Part shown: positions 19,803 through 29,666 of the stretch, in pieces
How the letters are laid out: every line of letters starts with the position of its first letter
How positions within the stretch are numbered: position 1 is the stretch's first letter
Assembly: GCA_963811105.1 (NCBI GenBank)
Contig: CAWEPZ010000011.1
Coordinates: forward strand, 736,001 to 800,000
Reading direction: 5' to 3'
Length of the DNA stretch: 64,000 bases
Origin: Candidatus Bathyarchaeota archaeon
GTDB lineage: Archaea; Thermoproteota; Bathyarchaeia; Bathyarchaeales; Bathycorpusculaceae
The notes under the pieces: model-generated
Seen by the model: only the letters and a program-made list of their open reading frames with translations
The model's database searches: none
What the model was told of the DNA's origin: nothing
Translations under genes and position numbers: made by a program

Positions 19803-22112
19803 TTAGCACTTTTTTGGGGGAGGTAACCGTATTTTGAAAGTTGTTCCTTTGCCTTCTTGACTTTCAAAGGTTACTGTGCCGCCTAACGCTTCAGTCATGC
19901 GCTTAATAACGGCTAAGCCAAACCCTTGACCTTTAGCTTTAGTCGTAAACATTGGAGTAAACAATTTGCTTCTCACCTTTTCAGGTATGCCCACGCCTGT
20001 GTCCTTAACGGCTAATATGAAATCGTTTGTTTCTTTAAAGGCATGAATCGTTAGTTTGCCACCCTGTGGCATCGCTTGAACAGCATTAGTAATTAGATTA
20101 TACATAATTCGATTTATGAAAGAAGAATCAGCCGCAACTTTAATAGCGTCATTTTCCACTTTAACGCTTACTTTGACGTTATCAGGCAATCCGTTTTTTG
20201 AAAGTAAATTATTAATTATTAGTTTTACGTCGGTTTCCTCCGCATGAGGTTTAAGAGGTCGGGCAAAATCTTGAAGATCTGCAACAATCTTGTTGATGTA
20301 CTCAGCGTTCTTTTCAATCTCTTGCAGGCTGACTAAAGCGTTCTTTTTCTCTTCGTTGTCCGGAATCGACGCCAATTCTGTTTTGGCTAGGTACACATCA
20401 CTAGTAATAGCTTGCAAAGGATTGCGAATATCATGACCTACCATGCCTGCTGTGGCACCGATAGCTGCTAGCCTCTCAGAATCTTTTAGTTTCTTTGCTG
20501 CTTCCTGAGCTTGTTCTTCAGCCTTCTTAAGTTCGGTAATATCTCTTGCCGCTGCGAAAACGCCTTGCATCTCGCCTGCTTCATTTGTGTAAATGGTGGC
20601 ATTGTATAATACATCGGTTATTTTTCCAGATTTATGTCTAATCGCCAATGGATAATCTCGCACAAACCCTTCAGTGAAAACTTGTTTATACCCCTTTTCG
20701 GCTTTTTCTGGTTCAGTAAAGTAATCTGAGAAATCGCTACCGATCAATTCTTCTTTAGAACAGCCAGTGGCAAGTTCTGTGGCTTGATTGACATCAGTAA
20801 TTTTACCCTCAACACTGATTGTTACAAGAGGATCTAAACTTGCTTCTAAAAGGCTACGTGAATAAAAAGAGACATCGCGCACTTGTTTCTCAGCATGCTT
20901 CCGTTCAGTAATATCGATGCCCATCTCGAGAATGAGCTTTGATCCATCCGCTTCAACGAATGGAAAGTCGTAAATATCATAATCGCGTCCATCTGGGCCA
21001 GTCCATTCCCAGCGATGCGGACCATTGATTTTCAGGACCTTGTAAGTCTCACATTTCTCACAGGGTGATTTACGACTAAACAGAAAGTCGTAACATCTCC
21101 TTCCGTGAGATTCTCCGAAACGCTCACGGAAAACCTTGTTGGCAAATGGCACACAGTAATCATTGTCAAGAAGAATTACGTAGGCCGGAAGGGTTTCAAG
21201 GACATTATAGAGACGTTGGCGTTCAATTGAAACTTCCTCCGTTCGCTTGCGTACCCTCTCCTCTAATTCCTCATTAAGTCTACTCAAGGATGCTTCAGCT
21301 TTCCTGCGTTCACTTATGTCGGTAAGAATTACACCTACTTGATTTTCAGCTACTTTCCAAACATAGACATCGTAGAACTTTTGAAGCCCTGCGCCATAAC
21401 TCTCAAAATGAGAAGCTTTCCCAGTTTTGGCTACGATATCAAACTTTTCGGGAAATTCATCATTAATGTTTCCAAACAGTTCTTTTCTGCTCTTGCCCAT
21501 TAATTGTTCTTTAGTTTTTCCTATTAACCTCTCTGTAGCAGGGTTAACTTCGCGATAAATTGCATCAATTGGTTTGCCGTTTTCATCGTGAATTAGCTCC
21601 ATAATAAAATAACTGAAATCCACAGCTGCAAACATGCCAGTTATAGAACTAAAAAGCTGACGGTATCGTCGCTCGCTATTCCTTAATGTGTCTTCAGCTT
21701 TTTTGCGCTCGGTAATATTCTCGAATAAAGCAACAAAATGACATTTTTCTGGACAATAAGCGACAACCTTGAACCACTTACCTAAAGGCTCTGCCTGGTT
21801 CTCAAACTGAATCGGCTCCCCCGTTAAAGCAACTTTGCCATAAATGCCTATCCAATCAGCAGGGTCTTTCTCGATGCCTGGTAGAATCTCGGTTACTCTT
21901 TTGCCTATTATTCGCTCCCGTTTGAGTCCCGTCATTTTTTCAAAAGCATGATTAACCTCGAGAAAAACGTAGTCAACAGGCTTGCCCGCTTTGTCAATAA
22001 TAATTTTGTGATAAGCAAAACCGTCCAGCATCCTATCAAAAAACATGTCAAACTGTTTCCTGTCAGTGCCCATTGCTTTTCCCCAAGCTTTTGCTAAGAC
22101 GTCGCCAGACAA
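19803..22112 (-). CDS. cytoplasmic multi-PAS histidine kinase
   Basis: Four PAS/PAC units (one with a CY...PCxxC motif), HDIRNPL, DTGVG, GQGFGL. Confidence 0.92.
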   Translation of the reverse strand: MSGDVLAKAWGKAMGTDRKQFDMFFDRMLDGFAYHKIIIDKAGKPVDYVFLEVNHAFEKMTGLKRERIIGKRVTEILPGIEKDPADWIGIYGKVALTGEPIQFENQAEPLGKWFKVVAYCPEKCHFVALFENITERKKAEDTLRNSERRYRQLFSSITGMFAAVDFSYFIMELIHDENGKPIDAIYREVNPATERLIGKTKEQLMGKSRKELFGNINDEFPEKFDIVAKTGKASHFESYGAGLQKFYDVYVWKVAENQVGVILTDISERRKAEASLSRLNEELEERVRKRTEEVSIERQRLYNVLETLPAYVILLDNDYCVPFANKVFRERFGESHGRRCYDFLFSRKSPCEKCETYKVLKINGPHRWEWTGPDGRDYDIYDFPFVEADGSKLILEMGIDITERKHAEKQVRDVSFYSRSLLEASLDPLVTISVEGKITDVNQATELATGCSKEELIGSDFSDYFTEPEKAEKGYKQVFTEGFVRDYPLAIRHKSGKITDVLYNATIYTNEAGEMQGVFAAARDITELKKAEEQAQEAAKKLKDSERLAAIGATAGMVGHDIRNPLQAITSDVYLAKTELASIPDNEEKKNALVSLQEIEKNAEYINKIVADLQDFARPLKPHAEETDVKLIINNLLSKNGLPDNVKVSVKVENDAIKVAADSSFINRIMYNLITNAVQAMPQGGKLTIHAFKETNDFILAVKDTGVGIPEKVRSKLFTPMFTTKAKGQGFGLAVIKRMTEALGGTVTFESQEGKGTTFKIRLPPPKKC

Positions 22113-23137
22113 TTCTTAATCACTTGATAAGGTTTTAAAATGACTTAGTCCAAGTTGTATAAATAGCTTCATCATCTAGTTTAAGATAGTGAAATTGAGT
22201 TTATTGCGAGTTGGTTTCTTCTGGAGCACTTCGCAAGACAATCAAATAATACAGATTTCCTGCACTCCACCCCAACCGCCCTGTCCACGCTACTATATCG
22301 CTGAATCGAAGCATCCACATCACCCCAAATGCGCCGATTCCCCAAAGTAACAGTTCAAAGCAGTACCAATACAGAAGTACTTGATTTAGACTGCAAATAG
22401 AGCCTCATAAAAAGAAAACTACCGACAAGAAAAACAATTATTACAACTGTATAAATCGTTTGGCTTATCAAAGTACTACCCTGAGCATCTATGAAAAGCG
22501 ACGGAGCCCTAGAGCTAAGATTTCGTCACGTTTCCAAACGATGAACTTAAGAAAATAACGGGCAGCTACTCTATTTATAATTCATATTTTCGATTCATAA
22601 GCCTTATTTCTGTTGAATGACCGGAGACTATTGAAGCGATTTGAGCATCAATGAAAAGATCTTAGGTTCTCTTGCCGTTATGTTTCTGAGTTTAGGTTGT
22701 GTACCCGCTTATTTCGATTTTATGTTTTATGCAACAGTACTATGGATAGCCGGTTTTGCCATAATGAACGCGCATGTTTTTCGTTTTATCGCACAAAAAG
22801 TTCTATATTAGCTTATTCAATCAGAGGCTTTTCATGAATCGGGCCCACTATAGTTAAGTCAAATCAAAATATCTTATTTTTATTTTATACGTTCTATGAT
22901 AAACTATTTCCTGGTAAGATTTTCTGTATGTGGAGTAATTTTTTGGAAGGCCTTGAAGAAGTCAAGTGAGATGGTTAGAGTTTGCGGAAGTGTATGAAGA
23001 TGGCGAACCATCCAGCATTCCCTCTGAACTTACCCATCAAGCAAAACATTTACTTTTCTTAAACCTTACCCATCCAAGATACATAAGAAACCGCGAAATT
23101 CCCAATTGCCCTGAAACAGCGTAACGTTGCATGTGCA

Positions 23138-23602
23138 TCAGAACTTTTTAAGTGCATACTCAGGTTTCGGCTTTTCCAATTCTCGGCTTAGAAAATCAGG
23201 ATGCGCCAAATATCCGAGCCATATTTTGTAAACGCAAGACAGGCAATATCGCTTTCCTAAATTTACGCCCTGATCGATCAATCGCTGATAAAAATTGCCA
23301 AATTTGCCGTCGGAAGAAAATAGACGCCCAAACAATTCACGTTCAGAGCCAGAGTCTTCCTCTATGTACGGTGTAAGCTGTTCGCATTTTGCGCATATAA
23401 AGTCCATGTTGGGCAATTCGTCGCAAACTGTTAAGCAGTGAACACAAACGCCCTTAACTGTGTAGCTTGAATCGATGATTTGTTTTTGTTCAAGAACCAA
23501 GACTTCAAATTCCATATCATAGCGCAGCTTGCTGATTTCGCACCAGGGACAGTTTATGTATGCGACATATGTATCAACGATTCTACCGCTTGCCATTTGC
23601 AT
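23138..23602 (-). CDS. Cys-rich (4x CxxC) hypothetical zinc-finger protein
   Basis: CPWC, CVHC, CAKC, CLSC. Confidence 0.7.
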   Translation of the reverse strand: MQMASGRIVDTYVAYINCPWCEISKLRYDMEFEVLVLEQKQIIDSSYTVKGVCVHCLTVCDELPNMDFICAKCEQLTPYIEEDSGSERELFGRLFSSDGKFGNFYQRLIDQGVNLGKRYCLSCVYKIWLGYLAHPDFLSRELEKPKPEYALKKF

Positions 23603-23793
23603 GCTCTGTTTTTTTGTTTTGATTTGCTTTTATGATTATCGGAATGAAGGTCATTTCACAAATTTGATACCATAGGAGGAGTCAAATCTAGATGGCTCCA
23701 ATCATGAAACTAAGTTGACCTTTGTTGAAAAACTGTGATTCGGAAGACGTAGGCAATATTATGTGAAAAAAAGGTGCCAAAAATGAAATTTGT

Positions 23794-23829
23794 GTTTGAT
23801 GTCTCCACTTTGATTAGAGCCAAATTCAT
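23794..23829 (+). repeat. possible highly degenerate att-like repeat, copy 7
   Basis: GTTTGATGTCTCCA-CTTTGATT-AGAGCCAAATTCAT; outer stem AAATGAA/TTCATTT; A-rich tract upstream. Confidence 0.4.
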
Positions 23830-23929
23830 TTGAGTCAGTAATAATTAGACTGTTTTTAGCTTTTATTGCAATTTATATTTTTTACAACCAAAAGAAAAAG
23901 GTGTGTTAATAGTTTATCAAAAGTTTTTC

Positions 23930-24259
23930 CTATACGGTCATCGGCATTATTTCGAGGACTTCAATGCTTGCTTTTGGCATCATTAAGTGCGGATGATCAG
24001 CAACCATTGCCTTTGCTTTATTCATGTCAGCTGCTTGAATAATAGAATAACCTGTCACTTGAGTTTGACCCTTAGCTGTTCCTTTCTTGTCTATGCAAGT
24101 TCCCTTTCCTAACGGTGCTCCCTGATCAACGATTGCCTTCCCGCATTTTTTATACCAAGCCATCCATGGTTCCATTCCTTTCTTCATCTCTTCAGGACTC
24201 ACGTTCATTTGCTCTTCTGCAGCTACCGGCGCCATGTACAAAACCATAAATTTCTTCAA
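23930..24259 (-). CDS. YCII-related (dimeric alpha-beta barrel) protein
   Basis: MKKFMVLY...GAPLG...VTGYSIIQA...HPHL...IEVLE. Confidence 0.8.
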   Translation of the reverse strand: MKKFMVLYMAPVAAEEQMNVSPEEMKKGMEPWMAWYKKCGKAIVDQGAPLGKGTCIDKKGTAKGQTQVTGYSIIQAADMNKAKAMVADHPHLMMPKASIEVLEIMPMTV

Positions 24260-24480
24260 TCAAAATCACCTCTTATAACTTGTTAGCGATTGAAAAAAAC
24301 AATCATTTAGTTATGATAACTACATTCTTATCTTTTTCGGAAATAAAGAATGCCCTTTCAACTTTGGCAAGAACAAAAACCGAATTCCGTACTATTATTA
24401 AATCAAAGAGTAGAATTGCATATTAAATTTATCTAACGATCGTATATCTTATTGGATTGTCAGTTGAAAAGTTCTAATTG

Positions 24481-25350
24481 CTACTTCTGTAACGGAGCCT
24501 TTCTCCTTTTGATTGCGACCGCAAGAACGATAGCCGCGACAGCTGCAATTACAGCCACTGTTCCTATGGTGTTAAGGATTTGTTGTGTCGGATTCTTTGC
24601 AAGTAAAGCTGCTGATGTATATGGAGAAGTTGAATTTACTCTCGGAGATAGCGGAGGTGTTTCAGTCGGCGATGAGGAAGCTAAAGGAATTGTTAGTGCT
24701 GGTATTGAAGGAGACGGCGAGATTGGATTAGAAGGAAAATTAGTTTGTGAAAAGGATCCATCGTCAGAGTAGCCTTGGCTTTCCCATTTTCCTTTGAAGT
24801 CATAATTAACAATCTCTATTCCTACAACTTGTGACACCCACTTGTAACCCCAATGTCCAGGAACCACTAGACGTAGCACTTCACTAAGAGGTGCTCCATC
24901 TTTTGCATAGGCTATAATTATGTTATCGTTTTTTGCTTGATCTATTGTCAAATCTGATTGGTAGCCATCTGATGCAGAAAATGCAACCTTGAGTGCTCCG
25001 GGTATTACCCCTGCTTGACTTAGAAGCGTCCAAAGTTTGACTCCTTGCCAGTTACCTTGTGTAACCACAGTTGTTGGAAAATCTACGCAATATATCGCGG
25101 CCAGAACTGTCGTTTGAGGGAGGGCTTCTAAATCAGTTAGAGTTAAATTTAAAGGATGATCGACAAGTCCATTTACGTTTAGTTGCCAGTTGGAGTCGCT
25201 TGATTGGGCGTGAGCGGTAAATAAAGTATAGTTGAAGGAGGCAAAAGTTAAGCTCATGATTAGTAAAATGATTGATACAAAAAGAAATAGGTACTTCAAT
25301 TTCTGTCGACCCTCCTTCTCTTCACAACAATAAAATATGACACGTGTCAT
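24481..25350 (-). CDS. membrane-anchored molybdopterin-binding oxidoreductase (sulfite oxidase/MsrP-like domain)
   Basis: WQLNVNGLV, IYCVD, WQGVKL, DGY, LRLVVPGHWGYKW, GKWESQGY; signal peptide and C-terminal TM; true start probably the TTG of LKYLFL. Confidence 0.88.
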   Translation of the reverse strand: MTRVIFYCCEEKEGRQKLKYLFLFVSIILLIMSLTFASFNYTLFTAHAQSSDSNWQLNVNGLVDHPLNLTLTDLEALPQTTVLAAIYCVDFPTTVVTQGNWQGVKLWTLLSQAGVIPGALKVAFSASDGYQSDLTIDQAKNDNIIIAYAKDGAPLSEVLRLVVPGHWGYKWVSQVVGIEIVNYDFKGKWESQGYSDDGSFSQTNFPSNPISPSPSIPALTIPLASSSPTETPPLSPRVNSTSPYTSAALLAKNPTQQILNTIGTVAVIAAVAAIVLAVAIKRRKAPLQK

Positions 25351-25548
25351 ATTTAAGGTTATCAGCTAAAAACTTCAAAAACAAACGCGCCACTAATAAC
25401 AAGATATTAACAACAAATCAGAACAAGTTAACCACAGTTCTCAGTATCAACAAGTTATTGAAGGTTGATGGGTTATAGCCTCTTATTGCTTGCGCAAAAA
25501 CGACATTAAAAAAGAAAAGGGAGGATTATTTTTGGCTTTGTTTGTTTT

Positions 25549-28101
25549 CTATTTCCTCTTTATCAGCAATACTGCTACTGAGATTGCGATAACTAGTGCT
25601 ATTATTATGGCAATTGCTGCGGCAACGATTGTCATTGTATAGTCTGGAATTGCTGCTGCTGGTTGTGGTGTAGTTGTTGCGATTGCTGGGTCTACTGAGA
25701 CTGCTGTTGATGCTGCTGAAATGCCATAAGAGTCATCTCCTGCGAAGGTAGCCATGATTGTGTATGTGCCTTGAACGTTTGGTTTCCATTCAATGCTGAA
25801 TGTGCCGTAGTATGGGTTTGTTGTTACTGTGCCGATGGGTGCGACGTTGCCGTTTGGATCTATTGCTGTTAGGGTTACTGGAACGCCGGTCATTGAGACG
25901 TTGTGATATATTCCGTCAATTGGCAGTTGAATGTGTAGGTATTCCATTTCTGTTGTCATTGATCCTCTTGAGACGCATGGTGTACCTGCTTGCGCTGGGG
26001 AAAGATCTGTAACCGTTCCTTCTATTAGTACTGAGGCTCCGTCGGTGACGACTTTGGGTGATGCAGTTACTGTTGTGTCGCTTTTGCCTTTGCCGAATAC
26101 ATACATGTATCCATCTTGGCCGCCTGCGGTGGTGTATCCGTCAGCCATTGCACCTGGGCTCATTGGTGTAGTTATGTTCCATATGCCGACACCTGTGGTT
26201 GCGTTGAAGCAGTGGAATTTCCAGCTTCTTTCTACTGGTAGGGCTGGTGTGTGTTCTGTGTTGTAGGTGTAGACCATTCCATCAACAATGCTGACACCTG
26301 TATTGAAGGGGTTCACGTTTATTGTGTTGTTGTCTGTAGTGTATGGAGTTTCAAATGCAGGGCATGGGTCTTTGTATACCCAAGATATTTTGCCGTCGTC
26401 CCAATTGAAAGCGTAGACACCATCGTATTCATTGAGGATTAGGTTACCGCCGTAGGATGCTGAACTGTAGGCGCCCCAGATTCCCCAAGGATAGCCTCCA
26501 GTAGAGTAGGTTTGCTGGCTCTTCCAGACTCTTTGACCAGTTCCAAGGTCCCAAGCTGCTGCGTAGCCGTCTAACATTAGGCATGCGATTTTTCCATGGT
26601 CAACGATTGTTTGAGATGTTGTATATGGGCACAAAGTGTCAGTCGTGTTGCAGGTCATCTTTCCTGTGTACACGTTATAGCCTACAATGCGAACACCGTA
26701 TGGCGCTCCTTGATATGACAACGTGGTTAAAGAACCAAAGTAGCCTGAATCCCAATCAATGCTAGCGCCAATGCTGCTAAAGGTAACTGACCTGTTCTCA
26801 ACTATTCTTGAAGTAAAGTTGGTAGATGTTCCCCTTGTTGTCCAATTGATTAGCCTGTTGCCTATCGCTGTATTGTTTGTCTGCATGCTTATGACGAATT
26901 CTCCAATTTTAGTGCCTGTCATCCCAGTGACATTGGTGTTAATGGCTCCAGTCAATGGGTTAATTTTCAGCAAGGTTGTTCCTATTGATAGAAGTTCTAC
27001 TGCAGTGCCTACTTCTCCTGTGCCACCTGGTACTTCACCGGTTTCTCCGCCTAAGCCGCCACCCCAAATGTAGTTAATTGATGTGGGGGTTACGCCACCT
27101 TGCGAAGTTGGTATAGCATAATATTGTTCGCCCGTGCGTAAGTCATAGCATACTGCACAGCTTGTTGGTACACCGTTAACGGGAATTGTGCGAGTTTGGT
27201 AGCATCTTCCAGCGTAGATAAAACCTGGAGCGCTGCCTGAAGTTGTTAACGGATCAGTGCCTGCTTGTGGTCCTATCATACCTGAGATGGCATCGAGCCG
27301 TTTCCATAGAATGTGAGGAGTGTTTGATGCTTTTGCGAAAGCGTTGTATTTAGTGCCGCCCTGGGTACGAGAAGTGCCAGCTGGCCAGTCGGGGTATCCT
27401 GTGCCATCGCCGCTCCATGGGTAGCCTGCTAGCAAAACTGCCCACTCTCTGTTTACAACGTGTACAGGTCTTGTCCAGTAGTCGGTTGGAAGAGCTGAAT
27501 CAGGCCAAGAAGGCACCATGTCATTTTGAACTGTTATTGTAGTTACATATGGGGTTGAGGAAGGCTTGTAGTATCTTGATGAAGTCATGTTAGTATATGT
27601 GCCTGAACCGGCAAAAGCGCCTGGGTTTGTGTAGTAGACTCCTGCTGGGAAGTATCCCCCTGGAAAGCTGAAGCTAAGCTTGTATACGCCGACTTGTGAG
27701 GGTTTGAATTCAAACCATGATGTATCATCGCCGTTGTAGGAGTTTAAAGTAACAGTTTGTGTTGTTCCATCTGGAGCAACAATTGTCACTTTATATCCGG
27801 TCATATAGTTAGCAACCATGACACCAGGAGTAATCCAAACGTTAACTAGCAATGATTGGCCAACGCCTATTGGATTAGGTCGGGCGCTAAGATAGGCATA
27901 AGTATCAACTTGGTAATCTGGCGTGACACCGGAAGGTAAGGCTATTGAAGCTCCGCTAGTGCCTGGTGGTGCGCCTCCTGTTGTTAGTATGTCGTCAGCT
28001 TTTGCTGTTGGCATTCCAATGAATGCAATTGTAGATACCATCAGAAACGAAATTATGATAGCTATCGCTTTAGATTTATTTAACGTCAAATGTGTTTTCA
28101 T
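25549..28101 (-). CDS. PQQ-like beta-propeller surface protein, paralog 2
   Basis: Same family motifs; signal peptide; C-terminal TM. Confidence 0.88.
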   Translation of the reverse strand: MKTHLTLNKSKAIAIIISFLMVSTIAFIGMPTAKADDILTTGGAPPGTSGASIALPSGVTPDYQVDTYAYLSARPNPIGVGQSLLVNVWITPGVMVANYMTGYKVTIVAPDGTTQTVTLNSYNGDDTSWFEFKPSQVGVYKLSFSFPGGYFPAGVYYTNPGAFAGSGTYTNMTSSRYYKPSSTPYVTTITVQNDMVPSWPDSALPTDYWTRPVHVVNREWAVLLAGYPWSGDGTGYPDWPAGTSRTQGGTKYNAFAKASNTPHILWKRLDAISGMIGPQAGTDPLTTSGSAPGFIYAGRCYQTRTIPVNGVPTSCAVCYDLRTGEQYYAIPTSQGGVTPTSINYIWGGGLGGETGEVPGGTGEVGTAVELLSIGTTLLKINPLTGAINTNVTGMTGTKIGEFVISMQTNNTAIGNRLINWTTRGTSTNFTSRIVENRSVTFSSIGASIDWDSGYFGSLTTLSYQGAPYGVRIVGYNVYTGKMTCNTTDTLCPYTTSQTIVDHGKIACLMLDGYAAAWDLGTGQRVWKSQQTYSTGGYPWGIWGAYSSASYGGNLILNEYDGVYAFNWDDGKISWVYKDPCPAFETPYTTDNNTINVNPFNTGVSIVDGMVYTYNTEHTPALPVERSWKFHCFNATTGVGIWNITTPMSPGAMADGYTTAGGQDGYMYVFGKGKSDTTVTASPKVVTDGASVLIEGTVTDLSPAQAGTPCVSRGSMTTEMEYLHIQLPIDGIYHNVSMTGVPVTLTAIDPNGNVAPIGTVTTNPYYGTFSIEWKPNVQGTYTIMATFAGDDSYGISAASTAVSVDPAIATTTPQPAAAIPDYTMTIVAAAIAIIIALVIAISVAVLLIKRK

Positions 28102-28515
28102 TCTCCTTGAATTTCTTGCAAAGCTAGGGCTAACTTTGCGAACTCCCTATTTGTTTCTATAGCTTAATATGTTTTGCGAAAGAAAGAGCTGCTCAATTCC
28201 TTCAAACTTTTTTTTGTGTTTAAGGACGATTAAAAAAAATGCTAAATCACATAAAACGCTTATGATAAGTCATGGTGATCGCTAGTCAAATGGTTCTTCA
28301 TTCATTACTATTAATTACATTTTGTTTTCATCAATTGAAGAATAATCAAAGTTTACGTTGTCGAGGTTGCTAAATCAGCATACATAGTCCATCGATAACA
28401 AAACAAAAATCCCGTCAGATTCACTTCGCTTTGTCGGAAAGGCCAAATTGTGTAAGATTTAAATGACTTCTCCTTATTACTTGCTTTCAACTAAATTTCC
28501 CTTGAGACCTCTTGC

Positions 28516-29217
28516 ATGTCGTTGATACCTGAAATCTCTAATCCGTACTTAGGAGCCTTTGCTGGAGGATTATTATATGGATTAGTTGTCTGTACTGCCT
28601 CATGCCTACCTTACATCGCAAGCTATATTGCAGGTATTGGCGCCGGCTTCCGCAAAGGCATCGCCGTCACTGTAATTTTTAGTTCTGGTCGAATTGCAGC
28701 TTACGCCTTAATCGGCGGGATAGTAGGTTTATTTAGCGGTTTGTTTCGATTATTTGTGTCTGAAACTGCGATTTCTCCTTTTCAAGTTTACTCTTCTTTC
28801 GCTTTCGGTTTTGTTACTATCATAATTGGCATTAGTGTCTTGTTCAAACTCAAGTCTCCAAAATGCGAATGTACCCCTCAAAACAGCAAAAGCTTGATGG
28901 CAACCGGAAAAAAAGGCAGGTTTGGATTTGATTTTGGAGCTTTCTCGCTTGGTTTGAGCCGAGGATTAATCCTGTGCCCGCCACTGATAGCATTGTTGGT
29001 TTATTCGTTGCCTTTCGCCAGTCCGCTTGGCAGTGTAGGTTTAGCGGTCTTGTTTGGTTTAGGAACCGCTCTCTCGCCAATACTTTTTTTGGGCGGAGTT
29101 ACTGGCTGGTTACTTAATAAGGCACCTTTATTCAGAAAGTGGGTTTCAATTTCAGGCGCCGCAATACTAATACTGCTTGGAATCGTCACGATAATAAACT
29201 CATTAATCCAACTATAA
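28516..29217 (+). CDS. DsbD_2/TauE-SafE-like membrane protein
   Basis: Multiple TMs with CTASCLP and LCPP. Confidence 0.75.
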   Translation: MSLIPEISNPYLGAFAGGLLYGLVVCTASCLPYIASYIAGIGAGFRKGIAVTVIFSSGRIAAYALIGGIVGLFSGLFRLFVSETAISPFQVYSSFAFGFVTIIIGISVLFKLKSPKCECTPQNSKSLMATGKKGRFGFDFGAFSLGLSRGLILCPPLIALLVYSLPFASPLGSVGLAVLFGLGTALSPILFLGGVTGWLLNKAPLFRKWVSISGAAILILLGIVTIINSLIQL

Positions 29218-29380
29218 CTGCACAAACAGCCTGGTAGCAACTGCCGATGGAAAGATGAAAAATGGAAAGCGGAAAAAAAGAAAAATGTACATCCCTGAAG
29301 TCTCAGTAATAGAAATCAAAGACCAGAGAAGCTCCACAGTAGATGTACCTCAAAAAACATAGTACAAAGGAGATATGCGT

Positions 29381-29660
29381 TTGATTGTGCACTATGTTTA
29401 CACCGATGGATCAGGCGAATACTATCCTACCGTAGACACGGATAAGTGCAGTGGCTGCGGCAAATGAGTTAAGCAGTTTTCCCAATCAGCAGTTCAGCTG
29501 AAACAGCATTCATTGATATTGAAGGCAAAACCAAAGCATCAGTAAAAGAAGAGCATAGGAAAAAAATAAGATTACATGTACATCCTGCAACCCCGAAAGC
29601 AAGAGTTTTCCATCTGTATAAGCTTGTGATACAAAGCGATAAATTGCAATTGGAGACACA
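29381..29660 (+). pseudogene. ferredoxin pseudogene
   Basis: GGAGA RBS then MIVHYVYTDGSGEYYPTVDTDKCSGCGK*VKQ..., followed by frameshifted AFIDIEGK...VKEEHRKKI and CTSCNPE. Confidence 0.7.
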
Positions 29661-29666
29661 GTTATC

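Noticed and set aside
22120-23130. Long ORF-free stretch with a GC-richer patch and a duplicated CTTACCCATC
   Set aside because: No recognisable protein relic or convincing RNA structure; probably decayed DNA.
29465-29467. Selenocysteine or stop recoding (TGA at a Cys position here and at ~19066)
   Set aside because: Both sequences carry additional lesions, and intact genes in the window use TGA as a stop.
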